Shown here in pieces: positions 49,378 to 61,887 of a DNA stretch of 64,000 bases. Both the position numbers and the translations under genes were made by a program. The notes under the pieces are model-generated. The model worked only from the letters and a program-made list of their open reading frames with translations. It was not told the origin of the DNA and did not search any database. This stretch comes from Squalus acanthias (lineage: Eukaryota): positions 42,100,001 to 42,164,000 of the forward strand of contig CM059432.1 in NCBI GenBank assembly GCA_030390025.1. Reading direction: 5' to 3'. Numbering within the stretch: position 1 is the stretch's first letter; each line of letters begins with the position of its first letter.

Positions 49378-49811
49378 TAGAAACATAGAAACATAGAATC
49401 TAGGAGCAGGAGTAGGCCATTCGGCCCGTCGAGCCTGCTCCGCCATTCAATACGATCATGGCTGATCATCCAAATCCAGTACCCTGTCCCTGCTTTAATC
49501 CCCACAGTACACATATCCCACCCTACCCCCGTAACCCCACGTATTTAATTCCCCCTAACATATCCCATCCTATCCCCATAACCCCACATATTTAATCCCC
49601 CCTAACACTAAGGGTCAATTTATCATAGCCAAATCAACCTAACCCACACATTTTTGGACTGTGGGAGGAAACCGGAGCACCCGGAGGAAACCCACGCAGA
49701 CACGGGGAGAATGTGCAAACTCCACACAGACAGTCACCCGAGGTCAGATTCGAACCCGGGTCTCTGGCGCTGTGAGGCACCAGTGCTAACCACTATGCCA
49801 CCGTGTTGCCC
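49378..49811 (-). mobile_element. HE1-like V-SINE with tRNA head, V-domain and CR1-derived tail
   Basis: Head GGGCAACACGGTGGCATAGTGG...GGTTCGAATC. V-domain GTGGGTTTCCTCCGGGTGCTCCGGTTTCCTCCCACAGTCCAAA. The tail matches the CR1 3' end at about 45000-45110. Confidence 0.85.
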
Positions 49812-49989
49812 TATACTTACCCTTTAAGGCACAACGCCCGTGTAATAACTGAGTACTCTCCCATCAACACAGCCTGTTGTTTTCTCCAGTCTCCTTGTCA
49901 CTTTATGAATTTATTTTAGCTTTTCCACTGTTTCACATGCCAGTTTTTATCCTTTTCAGGTCATTTTATACACTTCCACTGCTTTACCT

Positions 49990-50255
49990 CCATCTCGGAG
50001 CAGGGTTTTATACCTGACATTCTAAGGTATCTCTTCAACCAGTGTGGAATATGCCCGGTACTGACAAATTTTCCTGAGGGAATAAGTAATAGGCCCTTCA
50101 TTAGCATATGCAAGGGGCCTTACACCTGTTTGAGGCGGCCATCCGAGATGCCTGAAAATCGTCCGAGGCATTAGACATACTTCAGGCATCGTTGGGGTGT
50201 CTTGCTCCCATTTTCTGCCCAGAAAACAGGCAAAATGAGAACTAATTTCTACCCC
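49990..50255. mobile_element. Terminal fragment of a Harbinger-type element
   Basis: Ends CTAATTTCTACCCC, identical to the right terminus of 1056-5201. Confidence 0.55.
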
Positions 50256-51482
50256 TGTATTTCATAGGAGTATGTTAAAATCTACAGCTTTCATCTACAT
50301 GTCATGCACAGAATTTGTCAGCAAGTACTGAAAATCCCTAGCACCCAAGGCTCAAGTGAAATTTCCAACTCTGGGAGAGAAGCTTGACAGAAAGGGCAGG
50401 TCTATATGGGGGAAACCTCTTGCAAACATGTATAACATTAAAAGACTAATGAGTCACTTTGTCTGAATTGTGTCATTTTGAATATGTTTATATTTTTGAT
50501 ATTTTCAGTTGTATAACCTAGCAAGAAATGAAAATGTCAGCATGAAGAGCTGGAAAAATTTGATTGAGCAAATTCTGGATTGCTTTATTGCAGTTGCAGT
50601 TCCTGATTGGTACTTTTGAAAATTTCAGCAGTTTGATTGGTTGGGTTTATGTGGGTTCCTGGTTTGTGATTGGTAGCTATTCCTTCAGTAAACGCAGAAG
50701 GCAACAGTGAGTCAAAGTTGACTTCCTCACTATCCAGTATTTCAAACATACTGAAAATAATCAGTAGTTATCATGTAGTTCTGGAACACATCCATAATGA
50801 GGCAATCTTTTAGAAAATGATGCTATACCATGTATATGATAATATCTGTGATGCAAAACATCAAGTCATTCTTTCAACCTCAATGAATCCTCACTGGTGT
50901 ATGGCCTCTGCCCTTTCTTGGTAGGAAGGCCCTCATTCATGAAGTTCAGTTCAGATGTATCACACTTTCATGTACTACTTTTATGTCATCCTAATTCCTG
51001 TGATGAGCCTCCTTGCTTGGGTTCACATTAAATGTTGCTTTGACCTCCTTGGGACAATCAGGGCCAAGCAGGTCATCTTGTAAATGAAAATACCTTCTTT
51101 TTGATTTGAAAACTTCTGATCTCTTTTGCTTCCCTGAGTAATTCCAGCAGGAATCTGGAAGATTTATGCATTTTGTTTATTTATTTATCATACAGTTTTA
51201 CAGCAGAACTCAATTAAATCACACATATAAACTGCATAAGATAAAATACAACTCATTATAACAATGCCCATGTACAGTAAATTAACATTCAATCTGTATC
51301 CAAGAAGACAACACTGTTTGCAAGATCAGTTCCACACTATAAATCACAATAGCATGCTGTACGCATATTTACCAAATACAATATTTCTATACAACAATTT
51401 ACATTTCTGTGGGACCTGTACTATTCACTACACAGAAGATGCCTTAGAGTATTTACAGGGTGGAGAAAAGGGTGGAAAGAAT

Positions 51483-52300
51483 AACAACTTGTATTTATAT
51501 AGCGCCTTTAAAATAGTAAAACGTCCCAAGACACTTCACAGGAGCATTATCAAACAAAATTTGACACTGAGCCACATAAGGAGATATTAGGGCAGATGAC
51601 CAAAAGCTTGGTCAAAGAGGTAGGTTTTAAGGAGCGTCTTAAAGGAGGAAAGAGAGGCGGAGAGGTTTAGGGAGGGAATTCCAAAGCATAGGGCCTTAGT
51701 AGCTGAAAGCACAGCCGCCAATGGTGGAGTGATTAAAATCAGAGATGCTCAAGAGGCCAGAATTGGAGGAGCACAGATATGTTGGAGGGTTGTAGGGCTG
51801 GGGGAGATTACAGAGATAGGGAGGGGCGAGGCCATGGAGGGGTTTGAAAACAAGGCTGAGAATTTTAAAATCGAGTCGTTTCTTCACCGGGAGCCAATAT
51901 AGGCCAGCAAGTGGTGATGAGTGTCCCCACTTCTGACCTTATGATGGAGGGAAGGTCATTGACAAAGCAGCTGAAGATGGTTGGGCCTAGGACACTGTCC
52001 TGAGGAACTCCTGCAGCGATGTCCTGGGGCTGTAATGATTGACCTCCAACCACCACAACCATCTTCCGGCATCACTGTTGTGATGTAGGAAACACAGCAA
52101 CCAATTTGTGTACAGTAAGGTCCCACAAGCAGCAATGTGATAATGAAAGAAAAGAAATAAAGATTTGCATTTATATAGCGCCTTTCATAATCACCAGACG
52201 TCTCAAAGCGCTTTAGAGCCAATGAAGTACTTTTTGAATGTAGTCACTGTTGTAATGTGGGATACGCAGCAGCCAATTTGCGCAGATAATGACCAGATAA
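51483..52300 (-). mobile_element. Cluster of fragments: L2 3' end, family B RT piece, and Deu-SINE tails
   Basis: RLDFKILSLVFK (L2) and GVPQDSVLGPTIF (family B). The SINE tail matches 25185-25350. Confidence 0.75.
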
Positions 52301-52879
52301 CAAGACAAAGAGAACTGGGGATTTAGGTAGGGAGTTCCAGAGTGCCATAGCCTACTGTTGAAAGAGTAGCTATTGATGATGGATTGGAGGGAGTAATGGA
52401 TGAGGAGTAAAGGATGTGTGCAAGGTCATATGGCTGGTGGACATCCTGGAGCATGGGTGGTTTGTGGTCATGCAGGGATTTGAAAGCAGCTAAAAGCTAT
52501 TCAGTTACATTTTTGCTCTGACTGGACAGTATTGCAGTCATGATTGTTCCTTGGTGTATGCTCTGCAGTGTTGAAACACCAGGAAAGTAACAAGATTTTT
52601 CCTTATGGCAATGCTTAGTGTTAACTGTTTGAACTGTGTTGTTGGGCTGTGTAAGTAAACAACAACAACTTGTATTTAGGCAGTGCCTTTAAAGTAGAAA
52701 AACATCCCATGGCTCTTCACATAGCTTCTCAATCAGACAAAAGATATTAGGAGGGGTGACCAAAAGATGGGTCAAATATATGGGTTTCAGGGAGGCTCTT
52801 AAAGTAGGAAGGGGAGGTGGAGGGGCAGAGAATTCAAGAGCAAGGGGCCAGGACAGCTGAAAGCATGGCTGCCATTGGA

Positions 52880-53360
52880 AACACAAACTGAGGAGGGAGA
52901 GAGAGAGCAACACAAACTGGGGGAAAGAGAGATAAACGCAAACTGGGGGGAGAGAGAGAGCAACACAAACTGGGGGAAAGAGATATAATCGCAAACTGGG
53001 GGGAGAGAGAGAGCAACACAAACTGGGGGAAAGAGAGATAAACGCAAACTGGGGGGAGAGAGAGAGCAACACAAACTGGGAGAGGGAGAGGGAGAGAGCA
53101 ACACAAATGGGGGGAGAGAGAGAGCAACACAAACTGGGAGAGGGAGAGAGCAACACAAACTAGGCGAGGAAGAGAGAGGGAAACCAACACGAACTGGGGA
53201 GGGAGTGAGAGAGAACACAAACTGGGGAGGGAGAGAGAGGGAAACCAACACGAACTGGGGAGGGAGTGAGAGAGAAACACAAACTGGGGAGGGAGAGAGA
53301 GGGAGAAACATAAGCTGGGAGAGGGAGGGAGAGAGAGCAACACAAACTGGAGGGAGGGAG
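52880..53360 (+). repeat. Purine-rich minisatellite, unit about 24-28 bp (GAGAGAGCAACACAAACTGGGGG)
   Basis: Directly visible tandem array with alternating unit variants. Confidence 0.95.
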
Positions 53361-54089
53361 AGTTCATGTTGGTCTGTGACATGCATTGTTGTATAATGTG
53401 TTTTAATACAGGAGTTTTGTGCTGCTCCCTGAGGACTGAGCCTCACCTCCCTGAAGCTGGGCTTCAGCGGAGGGGTGTGGGAGTCAGTGAACTGAATTAG
53501 GTTTCGTTTTGGTTTTATTTATTATATTAGTAAAAAATCATAAAATTGTATGAAAATTTTAGTTAGAATTTCCTTAGGAAAATAGGAACAGGAGTAGTCC
53601 ATTCAGCCCTTCAAGCCTGTTCCAACATTCAATGAGATTATGGCTGATCTGTGACCTAACGCCTTATACCTGCCTTTGCCTCATATCCCTTAATAACTTT
53701 GGTTAACAAAAATCTATCAATCTCAGATTTAAAATTAACAATTGACCTAGCATCAACTGCCATTTGAGGCACTTATATTGATGTTTTTGTTGAATCAGTG
53801 ATATTTATTTGGTGTTTCTCATTGCGGTCAATACTGTAGAAACATCACAAATAGTTTTTATTTAAACATTACTTATCCTTAAATCTTTCTATTCTTTTGT
53901 GTTCTTTCTTTGATTTATAAATTATGTTATTCATCTTACTATAAAACAAAAAGTTAAATATTCTATTCGGGACTTGGTGTTACTTAAACACTTAACTAAG
54001 GTAAATGCACTTACATTTGCAAATAGTGGTCAAATGTCACGTGATCAAATCTCCTGGAATACGTCAAACCAAAGTTGGCAACCCTACCA

Positions 54090-54429
54090 TGAAAGCTTTT
54101 AAACACGAGGTTGAGCATTTTATATTGGAGGCGCTGGGGGACCAGGAGACAATATAGGTCAGCAAGCATAGGTGTGATAGGTGAGAGAGAATTGTTATAG
54201 GATAGAATATGGGCAGCAGTGTATTGGATCAGCTGAAGGTTACACAGGGTGGAGTTTGGGAGGCTGGCCAGGGGAGCATTAGAATAGACAAGTCTCGAGG
54301 TGACAAAGGCATGGATGGGGGCTTTAACAGCAGATGAGCTGAGGCAGGGGTGGAGGTGGAAGTAGACAGTCTTTGTGATGAAGAGGATATGGGATCAAAA
54401 TCTCATCTCGGGATCGAACAGGATGCTAA
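54090..54429 (-). mobile_element. Old L2 fragment into which the outer Harbinger inserted; resumes at about 62415-62450
   Basis: Similar to 8580-8910 and 22060-22230. Confidence 0.6.
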
Positions 54430-55121
54430 GGGCTGAATCTCTACCTTTCCGGGTTGCTATCCCGGACGTTCTATCAGCGTGCTCCTCAGTGTCTTTTTAA
54501 CTAAACTACTGCAATTGAATCAGTCATGCGGCTTTCCCGGCCAATTAACTGAAGCGGGTCTGACGACTCAAATACAGCTCAGCTATTTAAAGGAGCATTG
54601 CACAGATGACAGTTGAAGGTTGGTGCAGGTGCTGCAGAGGTTGGTGGGGGAGACAGTGATTGGTGTGAGAGTAAGCAAGTTGTTTGATTATAAAGGTTTA
54701 AAGATTTATAAGGAAAAATGCAGGCTCAGCACCAAAAATCTGCCCCCAAATTCAGTGATGCCTCCCTGGAAATCCTGCTCCAGGGAGTGAGATCCGCAGG
54801 GAGGTCCTCTTCCCTGGTGATGGGAAGAAGAGGCCGACGGCAGAGACAAAGGCCGCGATTTTCCGAGTGGAGGCAGTTTGGAGGCGGCTTTGATGTTCGA
54901 CGGGTTCCAGTCCCGCTGCTGGTTTCAGCCACCCTGAAAATACGATTTTTGCTTAAGTGGGCTGATTAAACCCGTCGTGTGTGCTACCCAGCCCAATCAG
55001 TGGGTTCGGGTCTGCTGCTCACCTCTGCTGACGTCTTTCAGCCAGCTGTATTTAAGGGGCCCATGCAGCCTTGTTTTTGATCAATCCTATTCTGCTGCTT
55101 CTCGGTGTGACACTTCTGAAA

Positions 55122-57012
55122 ATGACTGCTGCAAGACCAAAGGCATCTCCCAGATTTGATGATGACTCCCTCCATGCTCTTGTGGAGGGAGTGAGGGGCG
55201 CAAAGAGGTTCTGTTCCCCTCAAATGGACAGAGGAAGCCTCCTCAGCAAACCAAAGCAGCCTGGCTACAAATTGCTGAGGAGGTGAGCGCCAGGTCTTTG
55301 TGCTCACGCACCTGGGTTCAGTGCTGGAAAAGATTCAATGATCTGCTATGCACAACAAAAGTGAGTATAACATCACACTTACCTTCAATCTGCTCCCCAT
55401 CTCCTCTCATCACCAGCACTCTGCATTGTCAACCTACTCCTGCACATCTCACTTTACCCTTACATCCCTTGCACCCTTAACCATCCCTCTCTCTCTATGT
55501 ACAGAATCACTCCACCATTCTACTATGCACCCCTCACACTCGCTAACACTGTTATGCAATGACAACAACTAACAACGCACAGGGAGGGCCCTTGGTACTG
55601 GCACCTCACTCCATCTTTGTCTCCCTCTAAGCATCTCTGCTATGGATTCTCTACACTCACTCCAACATTCTCACTCAAACTCCACTTGTGTCCCTCATTA
55701 CAGGAAAAGAGAGCCCACAATAAGAGAGAGAGGGGCAGGACAGGAGGAGGGCCACCTTCGATTGCCCACTTGACCACCGCTGAGGAAGCTGCTCTCGACA
55801 TCGTCGGAGGTGCTGAGGATCTGAAAGTAGGTCACGGTCAGACGGGTGCAGTAGAACAAGCTGGTGACAGAATAGATTTGCAGCCCTCTCATTTAGATTG
55901 CATGAGTGACTGATATGGCATCTGATGTTCATACAGATTGAGTTCTGATCATCTGCACAATTCGATGTGCCTGCTACATTAATATCACATGTCTAACTCA
56001 TGCCTTTACTCCCCCACAGGACCATCGAGAGCCCCCCTCCGCACTGTCCAGGAGGAAGAGCTGGAAGACTCCTCAGAAGAAGCTGCAACCTCTGAGGGCG
56101 CAGTGTCAGTAGAAATTGAGCGCACCCAGCACCAGCGCAGAGACGCGCACCTCGGTAGGTCATTCACGAGATAGATTGGTGTTGTCACCTGGTGTATCAC
56201 AGCTCACAAGAGAGCATCAGCAGATGGTGGAATCAGGGACAGTAGTTGAGAGTCCTCGTCGGCGGCTGCAGGGCGCTCCTAGCTCTGCTCAGCTGTATGT
56301 GGACCCTGTGCCTCTGGGGCCATCCAGAAAGAGAGCGGTGCTATAACTTCAGCAACAAGTGCAGGAGTCTCTGACAGGTTTTGCATCCACGGTAACTGCG
56401 AGTGTGCACAGAATGGAGAAGTCCATCTCAAACATAAGCAATGCCATGTTGGAGGCAATGGCACATGAACGTGCCACCATGGAGAGGGTCGCAACCTCCT
56501 TGGAGGACATAAGTTGCCAGACTCAACAGAGCATGGTGACTCTTCTAAATAGATGGTCTGCTATGGAGGATAGATGGGCAGCTATTGCGAGCTACATGGA
56601 CGTCCCCGTTATGAGGACTGTCAGTACAGAGACGGGTCCTCATGGCCCTACTGATGTGCAGCAAGCTGCTCTCCAGCTACTTGCTAGCAGTGAAGTGTGG
56701 GCGACCCATGAGAGGGTTGTTGGTGGTTGACAACAAGCAAGTGTGGGCTCCTCTCCAAGCGCTCACACTCCCGTGCCACTGCGGAGCCCTTGGTCAGAGC
56801 CCCAGATTCCTCACCCAACTCAGCTGGCCATCTCAGCTCGTGCACAGCCGCAGGAGGAGCAGACTGTTGCCGAGCCCTCACAGGCTCCCAAACCCAGAGG
56901 ACGCCCACCAAAGGTGTCGAAGCAGGAGCAACATGAAAGTGAGCAAGGTGCCTCCACATCTGCTGAATCCACGGGGAAGCACCACGTAGAAGCACGCGTA
57001 AGAGAAAGTTAA
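55122..57012 (+). pseudogene. Myb/SANT-like gene of the inner Harbinger, 3 exons (55122-55360, 55704-55863, 56020-about 57012), frameshifted
   Basis: MTAARPKASPRFDDDSLHALVEGV...WVQCWKRFNDL|gtgagt, then cag|EKRAHNKRERGRTGGGPP. Several frame breaks. Confidence 0.8.
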
Positions 57013-57286
57013 CACACAAATAGTCACAAGGGTAGTCACTTGGGTGTTTTGATGTAGTACAAATTTAAGATTATCATCGTCATTTCAATTGTAATAAAGA
57101 AATGCGATGGCAAACATTCAAAGATTTGGCCTATGTGTGCCCAGAAATGGAAGTGTCACAGTGAAGTGTCAGGGTGCCTTTTATCTGTAATGATGGTGGT
57201 GAGAGTGATAGGAACCCACAGTTTATTGTACAGATGGTGTATGGTGTGTTAAGAAGGTTGCAGCCACATGTGTTTGCTTCATAAAC

Positions 57287-58483
57287 TTAAGCGAATCTGG
57301 CACGGATTAGTGCATCCCTTGCATCACGGCCAGCAATGTGCTCACGTGCTGGTGGAGCTAGCACATTTGCCTCCGCAAGGTCTTCCTCCTCCTCTGAGGA
57401 GGAGGCTTTGCGCTGAGCCACTTGTTCCTCAGGCAGCGGTAAGCCACACTGCTGTGCGATGTTGTGCAGGGCACAGCAGACCACGATGATTCTGGAGACC
57501 CTGGCTGGTGAGTACTGTAGGGCTCCACCTGATCTGTCAAGGCATCTGAATCGCATTTTGAGCAAGCCGATGGTTTGCTCGATGATGGCTCTGGTGGAAA
57601 TGTGGCTGGCATTGTAGCGCTCCTCTGCTTCGTTTGATGGTCTCCTCAACGGCGTCATTAGACACGTCTTCAGGGGATAGCCCTTGTCTCCAAGTAGCCA
57701 TCCGGAAAGTTGCATTGGCGGATTGAAGAGCTGAGGCACAGTAGACTGCCGCAGGGTGAAGGAGTCATGGCAACTGCCAGGGAACTTGGTGCAAACTTGC
57801 ATAATGTTCTTCCTGTAGTTAAGGGAGTGGAAGCCCTTACAATTGACAAATACAGCTGGGTTGTGATGGGGTGCCCTAATGGCCACATGTATGCAGTCTA
57901 CGACGCCCTGCACCCTTGGCAAGCCTGCCATATTTGCAAAGCCAACCGCACGCGCAGTTACACTTGCTTCATCCGTGGAGAAGTGGATGTAATTGTGCGC
58001 CTTTGCAAAGATGGCATCAGTAACCTGCGTGATGCAAGTGTGTGCGGCCGACTGGGAGATGCCGCTAATGTCTGCTGATGATCCCTGGAAGGACCCTAAA
58101 GCAAAAAAGTTGAGGGCAGTGGTGACTTTGACAGCCACTGGTAAGGAGTGTCCACCCACTCCTCTGGGCTCCAGGTGTTGGTGCAGCATTGCGCAGATGT
58201 CAGCAACTACCTCTCGCGAAAGTCTAAGCCTCCTTTGGCACTGCTGCTCAGTCATGTTGAGGAAGCTCATCCTCGGCCTGTAAACCCTGTGTTGGGGGTA
58301 TCTCCTGCACCAAGGTGCAGCCCTGCGCTGATGCCCTCTGCCATGTGCAGCATCAGGTGGGTGAGAAGGAGGTTGGCGCTCCTGTTGTTGCTGCTGCTGT
58401 TGTTGTGCCTGGTTCTGCTGCTGCTGTGACTGCTCTGCCTCCGATTCTGAGGACCAGGATGAGAGGGTACAAATGGTTCCCAT
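57287..58483 (-). CDS. Transposase of the inner Harbinger, 398-aa open frame with a poly-Gln N-terminus and an in-frame deletion of about 6 aa
   Basis: GVVDCIH, LGDKGY and [15 protein letters not shown] are retained. KGFHSLN runs straight into YRKNIM, lacking the VQLVCD seen in 1568-2728. Confidence 0.85.
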   Translation of the reverse strand: MGTICTLSSWSSESEAEQSQQQQNQAQQQQQQQQERQPPSHPPDAAHGRGHQRRAAPWCRRYPQHRVYRPRMSFLNMTEQQCQRRLRLSREVVADICAMLHQHLEPRGVGGHSLPVAVKVTTALNFFALGSFQGSSADISGISQSAAHTCITQVTDAIFAKAHNYIHFSTDEASVTARAVGFANMAGLPRVQGVVDCIHVAIRAPHHNPAVFVNCKGFHSLNYRKNIMQVCTKFPGSCHDSFTLRQSTVPQLFNPPMQLSGWLLGDKGYPLKTCLMTPLRRPSNEAEERYNASHISTRAIIEQTIGLLKMRFRCLDRSGGALQYSPARVSRIIVVCCALHNIAQQCGLPLPEEQVAQRKASSSEEEEDLAEANVLAPPAREHIAGRDARDALIRARFA

Positions 58484-59331
58484 TCCGTTGGTATATATCT
58501 CAGTTGAGGAATAGATGTTATAAGCGCTCAGGCAATGTGGGGAGAGGGTTTTCCAAGGAGGTCACAGTGCATATTGATCTCAGCTTAACCACTTACAAGC
58601 TCAACAGACCTGCAAAAAGCGTTCCAACACCTCAAAAAACAAAGTTCTGTCATCTGAAAGTCAGCCATGTTACAGGTCCACTTTTATGCTGCAGGTGCAG
58701 CTGTCAAGAATTTGCGTAGTTGCTGAACCCGGCACAATCAGCTGGCGTGTTTTGCGAACGGCGTGGAACATGCTGAAAATGTCCTAAAATGGGAAGAGCC
58801 TGCTAAAATCGGATTATATAGGCAATTAACAAGCTGTTAACTGCCTTAAGTGCCTCTCCCACCGCTTGGTGGCGGGTCTGATTGGGACTCCAAGAGCCGA
58901 CACTTGGCAAAGTTGCGTGGAGGTGGGTTGACGGTGGGTTTGGAACCCGCCGTCAATCAAAACGAATTTAATCTCTCACCCGCCTCCAAACTCGCCCTCT
59001 GAGCATGGGCAAAATCGCGGCCAAAGAGACATGGCTGGAGATCGCAGAACAAGTGAGCAGTAGGACTGTGGTCACCAGGTCCTGGATCCAGTGCAGGAAG
59101 AGATTTACTGACCTCATGAGGTCAGGAAAGGTGAGTACAATGCCACATTCAGCTACATCCTGATGTATGTGTCACCCCAACCTCATTACTCTGCCTTCCC
59201 AAGTCTACTCCTGCACATCACTTCTCACACTAACCTACCTTGCATGTGAACCCATCCCTCACTGTCTATGCACTTACTCACATCCTGATCTGAGTATCCA
59301 CCACCGACACTCACCCTCAGCCTAATGCAAT

Positions 59332-59371
59332 CATAGAATCATAGAATAACACCACAGAAGGAGGCCATTTG
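59332..59371 (-). mobile_element. 40-bp CR1 3' tail insertion in a Harbinger intron
   Basis: CATAGAATCATAGAAT...GGAGGCCATTTG flanked by GCAAT direct repeats (59327-59331, 59372-59376). Confidence 0.7.
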
Positions 59372-60742
59372 GCAATGTCACGCCACTCCCTCATAGTCAC
59401 CCTCTACAGATGTAGCCTGTCCATCCCTTACACTCATTCCATCACTCTCACTCAAAGGTCTCTTTGTTCCCTCCTTGCAGCAGAACAGAGCACAGAACAC
59501 CATGAAGAGGCAGCGACCCGGAGGTGACCCTCCATTTACCACTCCACTGTTGGCAGCAGAGGAGGAGGCGCTGGACATAAGTGAAGTTGCGGAGCTGCTG
59601 GCGGTGGAAGATGGAGCAAGGGGGACCTCCCAGCAACCTGGTGACAGAATTAAATATACAACCACATGGCATACAACAGTTGCTCATGATGACTTGATGT
59701 CAGCAGCCAGTGAAATATGATCATGTGATAATGGTAATTTAAAACATTCTCATCATAACAGTTCTAATTCATGTCCTTACTCTCTCACAGGTCCATCAAG
59801 TGCCCCCCGCCCACTGTCCAGCCAGAGGAGGAAGACAACTCCTCAGAGGAAGCTCCAGTCTCTGAGGGTGCACCGTCACACGACCCATGCACACCCAGCA
59901 CCAACGCAGATACGCACACGTCGGTGGGTCCAGTGATAGAGAGTGTAGTGTAGTCACCTGGTGTCTCACAGATCGCAAGTGAGCAATAGCAGATGGTGGA
60001 GACAGGGACAGCAGTGGAGAGTCCTCGTCGGAGGGCGCAGGGACGTTCCAAGCTCTGCTCAGCTGGACGCAGATGCTGAACCTTGGGAGCCGACGACAAA
60101 GAGAATGACCTTGGAGGAACAGCAAAAAATGCGAGAGGCTCTGGCAGCTTTTGCAGCCGCGATGTGCGCAATTGTAGGAAGAATGGAGGAGTCCATCTCC
60201 AACATGAACAGCACCAGAGCCCCACATGTTTCCTCGGATCCCGATGGCCGGGTTTGTCCCAGCACATTTGCAGAAGGAGCAGTCTTTGGCGGGGGCCCTC
60301 ACAGGTTCCAAAACCTAGAGGACATCCGCCAAAAGTGTCTAAGCAGTCAGAGCAGGGAAGTGAGCAGCCTGCCTCTACCTCTGCTGCAGCCACAGGGGGT
60401 GCATGTCACAGAAGTAGTAGGAAAAGAAAAATTACACAATTGTAGATGCACAAGGGTATGCACATGGGTGTGTTCCAAAATGTTAGTGTTATGTTCCAGC
60501 TGTATTTATGAGCCACATAAATTCATTTATTTGTACCACTTCCCAGACTTGTCCATTTTTGCCTGCTGCCTGGGAAGTGGCCTTGTCACTTGGAGTGAAT
60601 GGTAAGACATTACTTAACCTTGAGCAATGGGTGTGTGTGTGACAGGAATAGTTTGGTCATTTTAGGACTGCTTTATGGTTTTTTGGGGGGTGGGGCGGAG
60701 TTGGTTCAGCATCTGGGTGCTATATGGGTGCACTGGTGCAAC

Positions 60743-61887
60743 TTAACTAAATCGTGCCATTATGAAGCCATCTTGGGCCTTCTGGGCAGCAATGTGCACT
60801 GCTGCTGGTGCCATCTCCATCTCAGGTTCTTCCTTCTCCGAAGAGGCTGTGTGCTATGTGCCTTGCCCAATCCTCACTGCTGCGCTATGTTGTGCAGCGT
60901 GCAGCATATGACTATGATTCTCGAGACTCTGGCTGGTGCGTACTGAAGGACTCCTCCGGATCTGTCAATGTATCTGAAGCGCATCTTCAGCATGCCGATT
61001 GCTTGCTCTATGACACAACTGGTGGACATGCAGCTTTCATTATATCGCTCCTCAGCCTCATTGCTTGGCCTCCTCAAGGGTGTCATCAGCCACATCTTCA
61101 GTGGATAGCCCTTGTCTCCAAGCAGCCAATTGGTAAGTCTGTTTGGAGGTGCGAAGAGCTGAGGGAGGGTGGACTGGCACAGGACGAAAAAGTCATGACA
61201 GCTCCCAGGAAATGTGGCACATGTATGCATGATGATCTTTTTGTGGTTGCAGTCAAGAAGTGGAAGCCCTTCCAGTTCACAAACATTCTGGGTGATCTGG
61301 GGGTGCCTTGATGACCATATGTGTGCAGTTGATGATGCCCTGTATCTGTGGGAAGCCAGGCAGAGCCGCAAAGCCGAGCGCCTGCTCAGTGACACTGGGT
61401 TCATCAGTGCCAAATCTACATAACTGCCTGACTTGTGAAACATAACGTCAGTCACCTGGCTGATGCATTTGTGGGCGGCCGACTGCGAGATCCTGCAAAT
61501 GTCTGCTGCAGATCCATGGAAGGAGCCTGAGGCAAAGAAGTTGAGGGTGGTGATGACTTTGACAGCCACTGGTAAGGTGTATCCACCAGGCCCTCTGGGC
61601 AGCAGGTCTACTTCCAGCAAACTACAAATGTGTCCGATGACCTGGCGTGATAGCCTGAGCCTCCTGAAGCACTGCTGTTCAGTCATGTCCAGGAAGCTCA
61701 TCCTCTGCCTGTATACCCTGTGAAGGGGTTATCGCCTCCGGTGCGGTGTAACCCTGTGCTGATCCCTTCCCTCCTGTGGAGCATCAGGTCAGTGAGGATA
61801 AGGTTGCTGGTGTTGTTGCTGCTGCTGCTGGTGTGGCTGGTGTTATTGGTGCTGGGGCTCATCTTGGTCCGAATCTGAGGCACCCAT
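60743..61887 (-). pseudogene. Transposase pseudogene of the outer Harbinger
   Basis: LPVAVKVITTLNFF, LGDKGY and VIEQAIGMLKMRF with frame shifts and a premature stop. Ends ARFS* at 60743. Confidence 0.88.

Larger units (their letters stand above)
54851..59022 (-). mobile_element. Inner full-length Harbinger (4172 bp) nested in the Myb exon of the outer element
   Basis: Perfect 12-bp TIR GGCCGCGATTTT / AAAATCGCGGCC. AAA TSD at 54848-54850 and 59023-59025. Confidence 0.95.

Noticed and set aside
49740..49811. tRNA gene
   Set aside because: The A and B boxes belong to the V-SINE head, and the sequence runs directly into the V-domain.
52689..53446. Long hydrophobic or Ser/Pro-rich ORFs
   Set aside because: These are translations of a minisatellite that lacks stop codons.
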